The notes: a model not told the origin generated them from the letters alone. A stretch of 64,000 nucleotides of DNA from Bacillota bacterium (GCA_023398495.1 JAEWSG010000225.1:79316-143315); one strand, 5' to 3'; numbered from the stretch's first letter, positions 17,781 through 28,506 are shown. Made by a program: numbers and translations.

Positions 17781-19115
17781 ATGGATAACAGGCTCAGGTA
17801 TCAAAAAAGCTTTTTAATATTTGAAGAGGAAGATAGTGGTTTTGGAGCGGGCCAAAGACCATCCGGTCATGTGAAAATTGAAATAAGGGATGGCAAGGGG
17901 AAGCTTTTCTGTCAGGTGAGCAATCTTACCGGGGAAAATGGAAAAGTCAAGTATAAGCTTTTCCTTGTAAAGTCTGATGGAGTAACAGCGGTTCCAGTTT
18001 TTGGAGGAAATATAGTACTAAGAGGGAACAAAGGTGAATTGGAGTGGAGCTTTGCTCCTAATGACGTTAACAGTACAGGGATATCCTTAGAGAAGTTTAA
18101 TATTTTTGCAGTGCTGGCTTCTTCCGAGGATTGGCAAAATGGCACTATAGCATGCCCGTTAGTAGCGTATAAGGGTAATAAGGTTCAATGGAGGCAAAAT
18201 TTAAACAATGTTTTAATCGAACAAAAAAATAATAAGGAAATATTAAATCAGAACCAGAAAGTTGACGATATTAATAATATGCATGAAGATGTGGTGCTTG
18301 AAAGTAACATTGATGAGAAGGAAGAAGTGATAAAAGCCCTTAAGCTGGATGAAGGGGAAAAGAGTGGTGCTGGTACAACTGATATGGGTAAAGAAAATGA
18401 ATTTATTCCAGTTCAGGAAGCTGTTACACAGGAAAATAATGAACCAGAAGTCCAAAACCAAAATGAACCGGAAACTAAAAAGCCTTTTGAAAATGTTGAG
18501 GATGCCACAGCAGATGCCAATAAAGTGGAAGATCTACCTGAAAGTCAGAAAGAGGATGAGGAAAAAGGAAAGAGTTATTCTTCTTTTGATGGCAGTAAAC
18601 TTGTGGATATTAATGCGGGTAGCAATGACAACATAAATTTTAATCCCAATTGTATGAACTGCATATTCTTTAACAATAAAAATGCGGAAAAACTGAAGAT
18701 AAAGGAATTTGGTTCTGAAGAGTTATCCAGACAATTTGATGTAACTTTTGAAAGGTATTCTCCTTTCTTGGCAAAAAGATCCGATTACAGTTGGTGGAAG
18801 GTTGCAAGTCCTGTTCATTTAAACAACATTTTATTCACTTTTGGAATAAAGATACCTGTTTTGTTTAATCCATTGGTGCTCATGGCACATTATAAGTATA
18901 AGCATTTAATAGTGGGATTGTATCGGGATAGCCAAAAAGACAAAGATTATGTTGTATGTGGGATTCCAGGGGTGTATTGGGTAGATGAGAAACCTTTTGG
19001 AAATGCCTGCAGATGGGCTCAGGTTGAAGGTAATACTCCTACATATGGAGCCTTTGGTTATTGGGTAGTATATATAAATCCTAAAACTGGCAAAATTCTT
19101 GCAATAGAGGAATGA
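17781..19115 (+). CDS. Hypothetical protein (444 aa). N-terminal beta-rich domain, acidic low-complexity linker, conserved Cys-containing C-domain
   Basis: ORF with a GAGGGGAG RBS. No family assignable by eye. Confidence 0.55.
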   Translation: MDNRLRYQKSFLIFEEEDSGFGAGQRPSGHVKIEIRDGKGKLFCQVSNLTGENGKVKYKLFLVKSDGVTAVPVFGGNIVLRGNKGELEWSFAPNDVNSTGISLEKFNIFAVLASSEDWQNGTIACPLVAYKGNKVQWRQNLNNVLIEQKNNKEILNQNQKVDDINNMHEDVVLESNIDEKEEVIKALKLDEGEKSGAGTTDMGKENEFIPVQEAVTQENNEPEVQNQNEPETKKPFENVEDATADANKVEDLPESQKEDEEKGKSYSSFDGSKLVDINAGSNDNINFNPNCMNCIFFNNKNAEKLKIKEFGSEELSRQFDVTFERYSPFLAKRSDYSWWKVASPVHLNNILFTFGIKIPVLFNPLVLMAHYKYKHLIVGLYRDSQKDKDYVVCGIPGVYWVDEKPFGNACRWAQVEGNTPTYGAFGYWVVYINPKTGKILAIEE

Positions 19116-19173
19116 GTTTTAATTAACTACCGTTTAATTTAAAATACAATAGAAAAGAGAAGGGTGATGTTAC

Positions 19174-19578
19174 GTGTCCATAGAATGGAGAAAAAGCTAT
19201 GAAATAGGAATTGAAGAGATAGACTCGCAGCACAAAGAATTATTTCAAAAAATTAACAACCTTCTTGAAGCATGCAGCCTGCAAAAAGGTAAGGAAGAGG
19301 TGCTCAATACTATTGGGTTCCTGGGGGAGTATGTAACAATACACTTCAATGACGAGGAAAAGCTCCAGACAGACAGTGCATATCCCGGTTATAATGAGCA
19401 TAAGGCAGCACATGAGCGGTTTATAATGGACTATAAAAATCTCAAGGTCAAACTAGATGAAGAAGGCGTGAGCCTTAACTTCGTTATGACTGTAAACAAA
19501 GTTGTAGTTGATTGGCTTGTAAAACACATAGCAGCTGCGGACAGAGCATTTGGAACTTTCTTAAAGACCAAAGAATAG
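19174..19578 (+). CDS. Hemerythrin-like (HHE cation-binding) protein
   Basis: 'IDSQHKELF…' and 'HFNDEE…H…' residue spacing typical of bacteriohemerythrin. Confidence 0.75.
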   Translation: MSIEWRKSYEIGIEEIDSQHKELFQKINNLLEACSLQKGKEEVLNTIGFLGEYVTIHFNDEEKLQTDSAYPGYNEHKAAHERFIMDYKNLKVKLDEEGVSLNFVMTVNKVVVDWLVKHIAAADRAFGTFLKTKE

Positions 19579-19637
19579 AAGACTTTGACATTGGACGGAT
19601 AAGTTAGTTGCTTCTATAAATAAAGGAGGTTTCACCC

Positions 19638-19997
19638 ATGAATATTTGTAAGAACTGTGGTACAGAGTTCCATGATGCCTTTGAAAGATGTCCGGATTGC
19701 AATGCATACATAAGTGATATACCGGAAGAAAAGCTTGTACATCTGACAAACGTTTCAAACGAGTTGGAATGCGGATTTATATTAGGTTTACTGAAGCAGG
19801 CAGGTATAATGGCAGTAAAGAAATCAGTAGGGATAGATGAAGTTGTTGGATTGAGACTTGAGGGTATTGAAATACTCGTTGATGAAGAGGATTTTGAAGT
19901 GGCTTATCAACTCCTTAATTCTGAGGTTGATGAAAGTTCTCTTGAAGATGAGGAAATAGAAAGTGAAAAAACCACTGAACGTGAAACAGATGCATAA
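19638..19997 (+). CDS. Zinc-ribbon (CxxC…CxxC) protein with an acidic C-tail. DUF2007-like putative signalling protein
   Basis: 'CKNCGTEF…CPDCNA' N-terminal ribbon. GGAGGT RBS. Confidence 0.5.
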   Translation: MNICKNCGTEFHDAFERCPDCNAYISDIPEEKLVHLTNVSNELECGFILGLLKQAGIMAVKKSVGIDEVVGLRLEGIEILVDEEDFEVAYQLLNSEVDESSLEDEEIESEKTTERETDA

Positions 19998-20068
19998 ATA
20001 AGAAATAGCAGGAACATTACCTGAGATTTTTAATTAATTGTACTTTTAATATTTATATGTTGTTGAAG

Positions 20069-20102
20069 AGGGGTTGACTTATTATCTGGTCAACTCCTTT
20101 TT
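20069..20102 (+). terminator. Rho-independent terminator
   Basis: AGGGGTTGAC…GTCAACTCCT followed by TTTT. Confidence 0.6.
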
Positions 20103-20123
20103 AAGGTTTAAGGGATAATGCCC

Positions 20124-20152
20124 TTGACACAGAACAAATAAAGCTATAGTAT
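20124..20152 (+). promoter_or_regulatory. SigmaA-like promoter TTGACA-N17-TAGTAT
   Basis: Read directly upstream of the DUF1836 gene. Confidence 0.35.
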
Positions 20153-20221
20153 AGAATTAACATAGAGTATTACACAAAATTATATAGACGAATGATATAT
20201 ATCACATAGAGGTGAATAATA

Positions 20222-20800
20222 ATGAATGAATATTTAGATAAGGATAGGCTAATGGAGCTTGTTGATAAAGTCCTTGACAATTGTAATGAAGTTAAAATTG
20301 CTACGCTAAGTGATGAACTTACAATTTCCCAGGTAGTAAAGTTCTTTGAGAAACAGGGTAGAACCTTCACAAAGACAATGATTCAAAACTATGTAAGGGT
20401 TGGAGTTCTCCCGCCACCATTGGGAAAGAGGTATTACACACGGAATCACTTGATTCTACTCACACTTATAGACAATTTAAAGAGTGCATATTCTCTTGAA
20501 GAGATAAGGATAATACTAGGTCCTGTGAGAAACAATCCTGATGTTTTTGAGGACGATATGATAAAAGCTGTAGATATATACAAGAGTTATGTTGAAATGA
20601 GAAAAGAAGTTTTAGCTCATTGGGCAGGCACAATTCCAAAGATTTTTGACAGAGTGGAGAGGCTTGTTGAGGAGGAAGGTGTTAAGGATGAAGACAAAAG
20701 TGCCGTAACACAGTTTATGATAGTTATGACGGTTATGGCAGAGACAATAGCCATGAAGGATCTTGTCAACGAAGTAATTAATAAGTACTACAACAAATAA
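20222..20800 (+). CDS. DUF1836-family protein
   Basis: Pattern 'TISQVVKFFEKQGRTFTKTMIQNYVRVGVLPPP' is characteristic of DUF1836. Confidence 0.55.
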   Translation: MNEYLDKDRLMELVDKVLDNCNEVKIATLSDELTISQVVKFFEKQGRTFTKTMIQNYVRVGVLPPPLGKRYYTRNHLILLTLIDNLKSAYSLEEIRIILGPVRNNPDVFEDDMIKAVDIYKSYVEMRKEVLAHWAGTIPKIFDRVERLVEEEGVKDEDKSAVTQFMIVMTVMAETIAMKDLVNEVINKYYNK

Positions 20801-20816
20801 ATAGTATATTAACTGA

Positions 20817-20856
20817 TAAAAGCAGTCATAGCACAAAGCTATGGCTGCTTTTTTAT
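20817..20856 (+). terminator. Rho-independent terminator
   Basis: AAAAGCAGTCATAGC…GCTATGGCTGCTTTTTT. Confidence 0.6.
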
Positions 20857-21169
20857 TTCAATTCTCTTCATAGCAATCCCATCCGAAGGGCTTTATGCCA
20901 TTAAAAAAATTCTGTACAAGGTTGGCTGCGAAATAAATAGATATTTAAAGAAATACGAAGATAATGTTAAATAGTGTTAGCTTATGCCGCTGTGTTACAC
21001 AAAAACGGATGCAGGGAAAACTTTGAAATTGTAATAAACTATAATATAATATGTAGTGTGATGCACAATGAACAATATAGCAACGAACAACATTGCGATA
21101 TTTGGTCTGATTAACTACTAAAGAAAATAATAATTACTAGTAATTATTAGCAGGAAGGAGGTGGACTAG

Positions 21170-21739
21170 TTGCTTTATGTATATGTAGGATGTTTGTTTT
21201 TTGGAATATTATTTTCAACTGTATCGTTTTTGCTTGATGGTCACGATTTTGACCTCCATGGGATTCATGCTGACGGGGGGGCTGATTGTCCGGGAATATT
21301 AAATCCATTGGTACTTACAAGCTCAATAACGGTATTTGGCGGGACTGGGATTGTGAGCATGCTGGGTTTAAATATGGGAGGTGTTCAAAGTGCGGTTATT
21401 TCTCTGGTTCTTGCGGCAATTATCGGAGCAGTAATATTTTTTGGAGTTGTAAGGTTTGCATACAACTCGCAATCAAATTCAACGTTTTCTTTGGAGGATT
21501 TAATCGGACTTGATGGTGAAGTTGTTACTCCGATACCGGCAAAGGGTATTGGCGAGATTGTCTATGTTGTTAACGGAGAAAGGCATGGTTTACCTGCAAA
21601 AGGTACATGCAGCGATACAATCGCAAAAGGTGAGATGGTCTGTATAAAGGGGATTTCAGGTAATACAGCTACTGTATCACGCAAGGTAAATATCAGTGTC
21701 CTTGATCTTGATGGAAGTGACGCTGAGGACAATAAATAA
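21170..21739 (+). CDS. NfeD-family membrane protein, short form (membrane helices plus C-terminal OB-fold)
   Basis: TM-rich N-terminus and OB-fold tail 'GEVVTPIPAKGIGEIVYVVNGERHGLPAK'. Immediately upstream of the flotillin gene. Confidence 0.75.
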   Translation: MLYVYVGCLFFGILFSTVSFLLDGHDFDLHGIHADGGADCPGILNPLVLTSSITVFGGTGIVSMLGLNMGGVQSAVISLVLAAIIGAVIFFGVVRFAYNSQSNSTFSLEDLIGLDGEVVTPIPAKGIGEIVYVVNGERHGLPAKGTCSDTIAKGEMVCIKGISGNTATVSRKVNISVLDLDGSDAEDNK

Positions 21740-21762
21740 TAATTTAAGGGAGGTCACTAATT

Positions 21763-23253
21763 ATGTTTGATGGAATGCTTGGAGTTATTGCATTGGTAGT
21801 TGGGGTTGTGGTTCTGGTACTGTTTTTGGGAATATCAGTATTTGTAAGCAGGTATGTAAAAGTTGGGCCGGATGAGGCACTTATTGTTTCCGGTAGAAAG
21901 AAGAAGCTGGCAAGTGGCCAGGTTGTAGGTTTTAGAATTGTTAAAGGTGGTGCAACCTTTGTATGGCCGATATTTGAGATAGCAAAGACCATTTCGCTAA
22001 GAATTATGCCTCTTGATGTAAATTCAAGTGCTTATACTGCACAGGGAGTACAGGTGACAGTTGATGGTATTGCACAGGTTAAAATTGATTCGAGTCAGGA
22101 AGCTATTGCAACTGCTGCTGAGCAATTCCTTAGTTTGAAAGAAGAAGAAATAAGGCGTATTGCAACTCAAACACTTGAAGGACACCTTCGTTCAATAGTT
22201 GGTAACCTGACAGTGGAAGAAATCAACCAAAATAGGGACGCTTTTGCACAAAAGGTTCAGGAACTGGCGGCCGGAGATCTTGCAAACATGGGGCTTAGGA
22301 TTATATCCTTTACAATAAGAGAAATTGCTGACAAGAATGGATATCTTGAAAGTCTTGGTAAAGCACAAATTGCAAGGGTTCAAAGAGATGCTGTTATAGG
22401 TCAGGCAGAAGCAAAAAGAGATGCAGACATCAAGAGTGCAGAAGCTATGCAGGCAGGACAGACAGCTAAGTTCCTTGCAGAGACCAAGGTTGCTGAATCT
22501 AATAGAGACAAGGAAATGAAAGTTGCCGAGTATCAATCCTCAATAAATGAGAAAAAGGCTGAATCGGATCTTTCCTATGACAAGAAGAAGTACGTTGTTG
22601 ATCAGGAAGTACAGAAAGAAGCTATGCAGGTTGAGATTGTGAGAAAGCAGAAGGAAATTGAGCTCAATGAACAGGAAATCCTGAGGAAGGAAAAAGAGCT
22701 TGAGGCGACTGTTAAAAAGCCTGCTGAGGCAGATAAATTTAAAACACAGGTTGATGCTGATGCTAATAAGTATAAGACAGAGGTTTATGCTGAGGCTGAG
22801 AGAATTAAGAGGTCAAAAGAGGCAGAAGGTCAATCCTATGCTATTAAAGCAGAAGGTCTTGCAAAGGCTGAAGCTATTAAGGCCGCAGGTCTTGCAGAAG
22901 CTGAGATTATAAAGGCGAAAGGTGAAGCTGAAGCTGCAGCAATGGTAAAGAAGGCAGAAGCTTACAAGATGTTTAACGATGCTGCTATGGCTCAGATGGT
23001 AATAGAAAAGCTTCCTGAAATTGCACAGGCAATTGCACAGCCTCTTGCTAAGACTGAGAAGATTATTATGATTGGAGATTCTGGAGCTTCGAAAATAACC
23101 AAGGATATTACCAATGTAATGGCACAGCTTCCTGAGACTGTTAAAGGAATTACAGGCATTGATCTGACACAGATAATAAAGAGCTTTGCACAAAAAGATG
23201 CCGATGTAATAGAAGTACCTGATCCAAAGGCTGAGCAGATTGATATAGAATAG
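21763..23253 (+). CDS. floT: Flotillin (SPFH/band-7), FloT/YuaG type
   Basis: N-terminal TM, SPFH core, long EA-rich coiled coil ('AEAEIIKAKGEAEAAAM'). Operon with NfeD. Confidence 0.85.
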   Translation: MFDGMLGVIALVVGVVVLVLFLGISVFVSRYVKVGPDEALIVSGRKKKLASGQVVGFRIVKGGATFVWPIFEIAKTISLRIMPLDVNSSAYTAQGVQVTVDGIAQVKIDSSQEAIATAAEQFLSLKEEEIRRIATQTLEGHLRSIVGNLTVEEINQNRDAFAQKVQELAAGDLANMGLRIISFTIREIADKNGYLESLGKAQIARVQRDAVIGQAEAKRDADIKSAEAMQAGQTAKFLAETKVAESNRDKEMKVAEYQSSINEKKAESDLSYDKKKYVVDQEVQKEAMQVEIVRKQKEIELNEQEILRKEKELEATVKKPAEADKFKTQVDADANKYKTEVYAEAERIKRSKEAEGQSYAIKAEGLAKAEAIKAAGLAEAEIIKAKGEAEAAAMVKKAEAYKMFNDAAMAQMVIEKLPEIAQAIAQPLAKTEKIIMIGDSGASKITKDITNVMAQLPETVKGITGIDLTQIIKSFAQKDADVIEVPDPKAEQIDIE

Positions 23254-23258
23254 CATCT

Positions 23259-23290
23259 TAAAGGGCTGCAAGAAATTTGCAGCCCTTTAA
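23259..23290 (+). terminator. Palindromic hairpin after the flotillin gene; U-tract weak
   Basis: AAAGGGCTGCAA gaaat TTGCAGCCCTTT. Confidence 0.4.
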
Positions 23291-23353
23291 ATAAAAACTT
23301 TTACCAAATAAATAAGTATGTTATAATTGTTATAAAAAATAGTAAAAAAGGGA

Positions 23354-24070
23354 GTGACAAATTTGCAAAATTATAATGATTATAATAATTATGATAGTTC
23401 CATAGAAAGAAAGAGTGCTATTGTATCACAGATGGCAAGAGTATTTGGCTGGATGTTTATCGGCTTGATGGTTACAGGATTGACGGCATTATATACGGCT
23501 AACAGTAGTGCCATGACAAATCTTATACACTCAGGTAGATTCACAATTTTTGGGCTGTTTATTCTTGAGCTTGTTTTTGTCTGGTTTATATCAAGAAGAG
23601 CTATGCATATGGAATATGGAACTGCAGCTATTGCGTTTATAATGTATTCCATACTTAATGGTTTGACGTTATCGGTTATATTCTTTGTATATACTTTTGA
23701 CTCAATTGCTTTAGCATTTTTTATGGCAGCTGGTTTTTTTGGTTTTATGAGTGTATATGGTCTTGTAACAAAAACCGACTTGACTTCTATGGGGTCTTTG
23801 CTTATGATGGGGCTTGTCGGGCTGATTATAGTATCTATAGTTAATATTTTTCTTAAAAGTAGTCCTTTAGGATGGATAATCTCAATAGCAGGGGTTGCTA
23901 TTTTCCTTGGACTTACAGCATATGACAGTCAAAAAATCAAAAATATTAGTATGCATTATGCAGGTACTGAAAAAGAAAGAAATGTAGCTATAATTGGTGC
24001 ACTTATTTTATATCTTGATTTTATTAACCTGTTCCTGTACATCTTAAGGATACTTGGTAGAAGAAGGTAA
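23354..24070 (+). CDS. Bax-inhibitor-1/YccA family membrane protein
   Basis: Seven-helix pattern with the conserved C-terminal basic tail, as in BI-1/YetJ. Confidence 0.75.
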   Translation: MTNLQNYNDYNNYDSSIERKSAIVSQMARVFGWMFIGLMVTGLTALYTANSSAMTNLIHSGRFTIFGLFILELVFVWFISRRAMHMEYGTAAIAFIMYSILNGLTLSVIFFVYTFDSIALAFFMAAGFFGFMSVYGLVTKTDLTSMGSLLMMGLVGLIIVSIVNIFLKSSPLGWIISIAGVAIFLGLTAYDSQKIKNISMHYAGTEKERNVAIIGALILYLDFINLFLYILRILGRRR

Positions 24071-24342
24071 TAACGTCACAGAGTGCAATTAAGTTGATGT
24101 AACTAAATTATACTTTATTACATTTGGGGAAAAGTTTGTATTTTGACAGGCTTTTCCCCAAAACGCATGAAAGATATAGTGAAATCTTTTTTATTTCTAT
24201 GCACCAAAAACTTTTCTTCTTACGCATATATTAAAAGAATAACCTTAGAAAATGCTATAGGATAAACAAGATAAACCGTTTATAGGCAAAAGTTTGTTTA
24301 CATGCTAAAATAATAAAGATATTTGATGTTGGGGGAGATTGG

Positions 24343-25677
24343 ATGAGTAAAAAAATAAGAGCTTTTTTATTTGTGATTCTGACTGTTTTGTGCTTATCGG
24401 TTGTTTTTAATTTTAACCTGAATGTACTTAACTCTATTTCAGCCGAGGCGGCCTCATTTGCAAATGGTGCGGATGTGAGCTGGCTGCCGCAGATGGAGGC
24501 TAACGGTTACAAGTTTTATGACGATTATGGTGTGCAAAAAGATTGTCTTCAGATTTTAAAAGAGCATGGGATCAACTCAATAAGGTTGAGAGTATGGGTT
24601 AATCCATCGAAGGACCCTCATAGTGGCCACTGTAGTAAAGAAGAGGTAGTTGAACTGGCTAAAAGGTGTAAAAACATGGGTTTTAGAATTATGATTGATT
24701 TTCACTACAGCGACTCATGGGCAGATCCGGGAAAGCAGAATAAACCAGCAGCATGGGTAGGCCATAACCTTGACCAATTGCTTAGAGATATATACAACCA
24801 CACCTATGACGTTCTAAATGCTTTGAAATCTAATGGAGTTACACCTGAATGGGTTCAAGTGGGAAATGAAACTAATAACGGAATGTTATGGGAAGACGGT
24901 AAGGCTTCATCAAACATGAAAAACTTTGCACAGATGATAAGTAGTGGATATGATGCAGTAAAGGCTGTTTTCCCTGGAACAAAGGTTATTGTACATATAT
25001 CAAATGGACACGATAACAGTCTGTTTAGATGGATATTTGACGGACTAAAAAATAATAATGCAAAATTCGATGTTATAGGCATGTCTTTGTATCCGGAAGT
25101 AGGTAATTGGAGAGATTTGAGCAGCAAGTGCCTGACAAATATGAACGATATGGTATCGAGATACGGCAAAGAAGTTATGATTTGTGAAGTGGGTATGGAT
25201 AATACTGCTGAAAGTGCTGCGAAGGATTTAATTACCGATTTGCTGAAAAAAGTTGCTTCTGTTTCGGGAGGAAAGGGACTTGGGGTATTTTACTGGGAAC
25301 CCCAATGTTATAATTGGGCTTACTATGGAAAGGGTGCATGGAATCTTAACGGAAGACCTACAATTGCTATGGATGCATTTTTGAGCAATAATGCTGGATT
25401 ACCTACTGCTACAGCGACACCAACAGTGAGACCAACTCCGACACCTTCCGGTAATGGTGATTTTGTATATGGAGATCTTAATAATGATAAACTTGTAAAT
25501 TCAATTGACTTTGCTCTTTTGAGAAATTACTTGCTGGGCTATACAAGCGTATTTCCTTATGAAAACGGCATGAAGGCAGCTGATGTTAATCGAAATGGTG
25601 CAGTTGATTCTATTGATTTTGCAATACTAAGAAGTTACTTGTTAGGAATGGTAAAAACGCTTCCAGTAGCACTTTAG
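24343..25677 (+). CDS. Cellulosomal arabinogalactan endo-1,4-beta-galactosidase (GH53) with a C-terminal type-I dockerin
   Basis: GH53 N-terminus 'FANGADVSWLPQMEANGYKFYD…GINSIRLRVWVNP'. Dockerin duplicated Ca-binding segments 'GDLNNDKLVNSIDFALLRNYLLG' and 'ADVNRNGAVDSIDFAILRSYLLG'. Confidence 0.85.
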   Translation: MSKKIRAFLFVILTVLCLSVVFNFNLNVLNSISAEAASFANGADVSWLPQMEANGYKFYDDYGVQKDCLQILKEHGINSIRLRVWVNPSKDPHSGHCSKEEVVELAKRCKNMGFRIMIDFHYSDSWADPGKQNKPAAWVGHNLDQLLRDIYNHTYDVLNALKSNGVTPEWVQVGNETNNGMLWEDGKASSNMKNFAQMISSGYDAVKAVFPGTKVIVHISNGHDNSLFRWIFDGLKNNNAKFDVIGMSLYPEVGNWRDLSSKCLTNMNDMVSRYGKEVMICEVGMDNTAESAAKDLITDLLKKVASVSGGKGLGVFYWEPQCYNWAYYGKGAWNLNGRPTIAMDAFLSNNAGLPTATATPTVRPTPTPSGNGDFVYGDLNNDKLVNSIDFALLRNYLLGYTSVFPYENGMKAADVNRNGAVDSIDFAILRSYLLGMVKTLPVAL

Positions 25678-25721
25678 AACTTATGGAAATACCGATATGT
25701 AAAATTATTTATATACTTTTT

Positions 25722-25760
25722 ATATCCGACATTGCTGATTTAGGCAGTCGGATATTTTTA
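25722..25760 (+). terminator. Rho-independent terminator of the GH53 gene
   Basis: ATATCCGAC…GTCGGATAT followed by TTTTT. Confidence 0.6.
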
Positions 25761-25771
25761 CATAAGTTTAA

Positions 25772-25881
25772 GTTCTAAAGTACATCTACAATATAAGTTT
25801 CTACGCTGGATAACAAAAAAACTTGATTTGATAAGATTTTCAAAATAGAAGAATTGGATGTCGTTTTCCGTTATCCCTAAG
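25772..25881 (+). repeat. Structured intergenic element, family F2, copy A. TCTAAAG lead; GGATAACAAAAAAAC … GTTTTCCGTTATCC stem
   Basis: Aligns with copies at 8944-9042 and 56163-56261. About 85 nt upstream of the PBP-VWA lipoprotein ATG. Confidence 0.5.
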
Positions 25882-25964
25882 TATAAAAATCACAATTGTA
25901 TTTTGCTCATTAATATACTATAGTAGTAATATGGAAATTATAATTATTTGTGAGGGAGAATAGT

Positions 25965-27665
25965 ATGGTGAGAAGATTTAGAAATATACTTAGTATTATT
26001 ATTTGCATAACGGTGTGCATTTTTTCGGGGTGTACAGTACAGGAAACACCAGATAATAACAAGAAGTTACCAAAAAATGCGATAGAGCTTAAGCTTATGA
26101 TAGGAAGAGATAAACAGTGGATATTTGATGAGGTTCAGAAAATTCTTGACCAAAAGGGTGTTAAAATAAATGATAAGGAAATTTACATAACCACAGAAAA
26201 AGCAGGAACCGGCGAAGCTATGGAGAAAGTTATAGCTAAAGGTGCAGATTATGTTGGTTGGATGCCTGCTTCAAGTACTCATATATTCTGGGCTAATGAG
26301 CGTTGGTACGCAAGCGGTAATACCAAACCGATTGTTGATGAGGATTATACTACAGTCTTTTTGACACCTACGGTTATAGCAATGCAGGAATCATTGGCCA
26401 AGATTATGGGTTATCCGGCTAAAAAAATAGGATGGCAGGATATTTATATGTTGTCTACAGCGGTTGATGGTTGGGGAATGTATGGAAAGTCAATTTTAAA
26501 CCCTGTAAGATTTGCTCATACACATCCTGCAAAATCAAATTCGGGTTTAAATGCTCTGATAGCTGCAGAATATGCATTCAGTGGTAAGAAAAAAGGTCTT
26601 TCAATAGAGGATGTAAGAACAAACAGCAGCAAGCTTAAAGAATTGGAGCAGACAATTGTTCACTATGGAGAAAGTACCTCGCTGCTACAGAAGAAAATAG
26701 TTGAAAAAGGCCCATCATTCATTCAATATGCGGTTTTATATGAGTATATGGTGGCAAACATGAACGTCAATACTCCGGGAAGGGAAAAGCTGGTTGCAAT
26801 CTATCCCAATGAGGGTACAATCTGGGGAGATGTTTGTTTTACCAAAGTTTTTTCCGATAATATTACAGATGAGCAAAGTAAAGCCCTTGATGAAGTGGAA
26901 AAAATTCTTTTATCGGAAGAAATTCAGAAAAAGGGAATGAACGAATACTTTTTCAGACCAGCAGATTCAGGCATACCACTTTCAAATGCAATATCGGTTG
27001 AAAATGGGGTTAACCCGAATGAACCGCAAACTACACTTGAGTTGCCTTCTATTGAGGTAATAAATGAACTCCTTAAAGACTGGCAGACAAACATGAAAAA
27101 GAGAGCCAATGTGCTCTTTGTAATTGATACTTCGGGAAGTATGGAAGGAGAGCCTATAGATAATGCTAAATCTGCAATTCAGAACCTGTTTAACAAGGAC
27201 TTGCAGGAAAAGAATTATACAAGCATTGATGATGAGGATACTATAAGCCTGATGACCTTTAATTCGGAAGTGAGTGATGTATACACAGTTAAAGGTAAGG
27301 AGATAGGCGAGATGAGTTTAGTTGTGGACAATCTGAATGCAAAGGGAAATACTTCTTTGTACGATGCTGTTAATAAAGCTATTACGGAACATCAGAAGCT
27401 AAAAGAAGCTGAAAATGAGAAGAAGATTGAAATTATAGTAGTTCTGTCTGATGGTGCAGATACCAAGAGCAAAATAAATTTCAGTGCATTGACGAGTGTA
27501 CTCGAGCAGGAGGAAGGAAACCTTCCAGTAATAATTACCATAGGTTATGGAAATGTTGATAAGGAGGTTTTAGAAACTATATCTGACCTGACTGGAGGAA
27601 AATACTATGAGGGTGATCCTCAAACCATTAAGCAGGTGTTTGAAGAAATAAAAACATTTTTCTAA
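25965..27665 (+). CDS. Lipoprotein: N-terminal periplasmic-binding-protein-like (anion-binding PBP type 2-like) domain fused to a C-terminal von Willebrand factor A domain
   Basis: Lipobox 'IFSGC'. VWA MIDAS 'VLFVIDTSGSM' plus 'NTSLYDA' and 'VLSDGADT'. N-terminal domain is homologous to 28507-29631. The ATG at 25965 has a GAGGGAG RBS; the ORF-track GTG at 25950 is unlikely. Confidence 0.75.
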   Translation: MVRRFRNILSIIICITVCIFSGCTVQETPDNNKKLPKNAIELKLMIGRDKQWIFDEVQKILDQKGVKINDKEIYITTEKAGTGEAMEKVIAKGADYVGWMPASSTHIFWANERWYASGNTKPIVDEDYTTVFLTPTVIAMQESLAKIMGYPAKKIGWQDIYMLSTAVDGWGMYGKSILNPVRFAHTHPAKSNSGLNALIAAEYAFSGKKKGLSIEDVRTNSSKLKELEQTIVHYGESTSLLQKKIVEKGPSFIQYAVLYEYMVANMNVNTPGREKLVAIYPNEGTIWGDVCFTKVFSDNITDEQSKALDEVEKILLSEEIQKKGMNEYFFRPADSGIPLSNAISVENGVNPNEPQTTLELPSIEVINELLKDWQTNMKKRANVLFVIDTSGSMEGEPIDNAKSAIQNLFNKDLQEKNYTSIDDEDTISLMTFNSEVSDVYTVKGKEIGEMSLVVDNLNAKGNTSLYDAVNKAITEHQKLKEAENEKKIEIIVVLSDGADTKSKINFSALTSVLEQEEGNLPVIITIGYGNVDKEVLETISDLTGGKYYEGDPQTIKQVFEEIKTFF

Positions 27666-27744
27666 AAATTTGCAAAGGCTGTAAAAGCTTTAAGTAAGAT
27701 GAATGTAGAAGCTTTAAATAAAATAATTGTAGAGGTATAGAACA

Positions 27745-28491
27745 ATGAACAAACGAAGTTTTAACCGATTTTCAAGGGCAATATTCGGTACTCCTAACGC
27801 AATAATTATAGGGGGGACGGTAATTCTATCAGCTATTTTCTTAAAAGATGGTAAATCGGCTTTTCCGTTTGTAGTTATGGGTGCTATCCTGTTGTTTTTT
27901 TCAATATTGTATGGCCTGATTTTCAAAAAAAATTCAGAGGCATTTGATGAGAGCAGTTTTGACTTAAAAGAACTTAATAAGGTCAGGGATAATTTGACAC
28001 CTGTTATAAAGAATATTATACAGGTTTTAAACAATCTGAAGAAGAAATCTGAGGATAACAGCAAATTCATGATTATATCAAGATTTATGGAAGAGATCGT
28101 GAACTTCGAAGAGATAATTCCTCAGATCGTACGGAGTTATAGAAAGGGAGCAGAGTTTTTGCACGGCAGAGACGGTAGAATAAACTCGGAAATAAGATCG
28201 CTTCAGGATAAATTGAGAAATGCGACAGGGGACAACGCAAAGGCGATGTATCAGAAAGCTCTTGATGAGAAGCAACAGACTTTGAATGAAATGATGAGCA
28301 TAAGGAGCAATCTCGATGAATGTGAGTCAAAGCTGCATTTTATATTAAGTGCATTGCAAAGAATAGAGACCATTATTGAGTCTTCGGAACTGAAAGAGAA
28401 AATGAGTGATGAAGATACTCAGGATCTCAATCAAAACGTAGAAGCTTTTTCTGAGAGCATAAGGGATATATCCAAATTAATGGAACTGTAA
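27745..28491 (+). CDS. Membrane protein: two N-terminal TM helices plus a cytoplasmic coiled coil
   Basis: Hydrophobic 'AIIIGGTVILSAIFL' and 'FVVMGAILLFFSILYGLIF', then a heptad-rich acidic region. Sits between the two PBP-like genes. Confidence 0.6.
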   Translation: MNKRSFNRFSRAIFGTPNAIIIGGTVILSAIFLKDGKSAFPFVVMGAILLFFSILYGLIFKKNSEAFDESSFDLKELNKVRDNLTPVIKNIIQVLNNLKKKSEDNSKFMIISRFMEEIVNFEEIIPQIVRSYRKGAEFLHGRDGRINSEIRSLQDKLRNATGDNAKAMYQKALDEKQQTLNEMMSIRSNLDECESKLHFILSALQRIETIIESSELKEKMSDEDTQDLNQNVEAFSESIRDISKLMEL

Positions 28492-28506
28492 TAAGGGGGA
28501 CTTGTA

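Noticed and set aside
24100-24150. Hairpin TGGGGAAAAG…CTTTTCCCCA upstream of the GH53 gene
   Set aside because: No U-tract follows on either strand in a position consistent with a terminator of any neighbouring gene. Function unclear, so not called.
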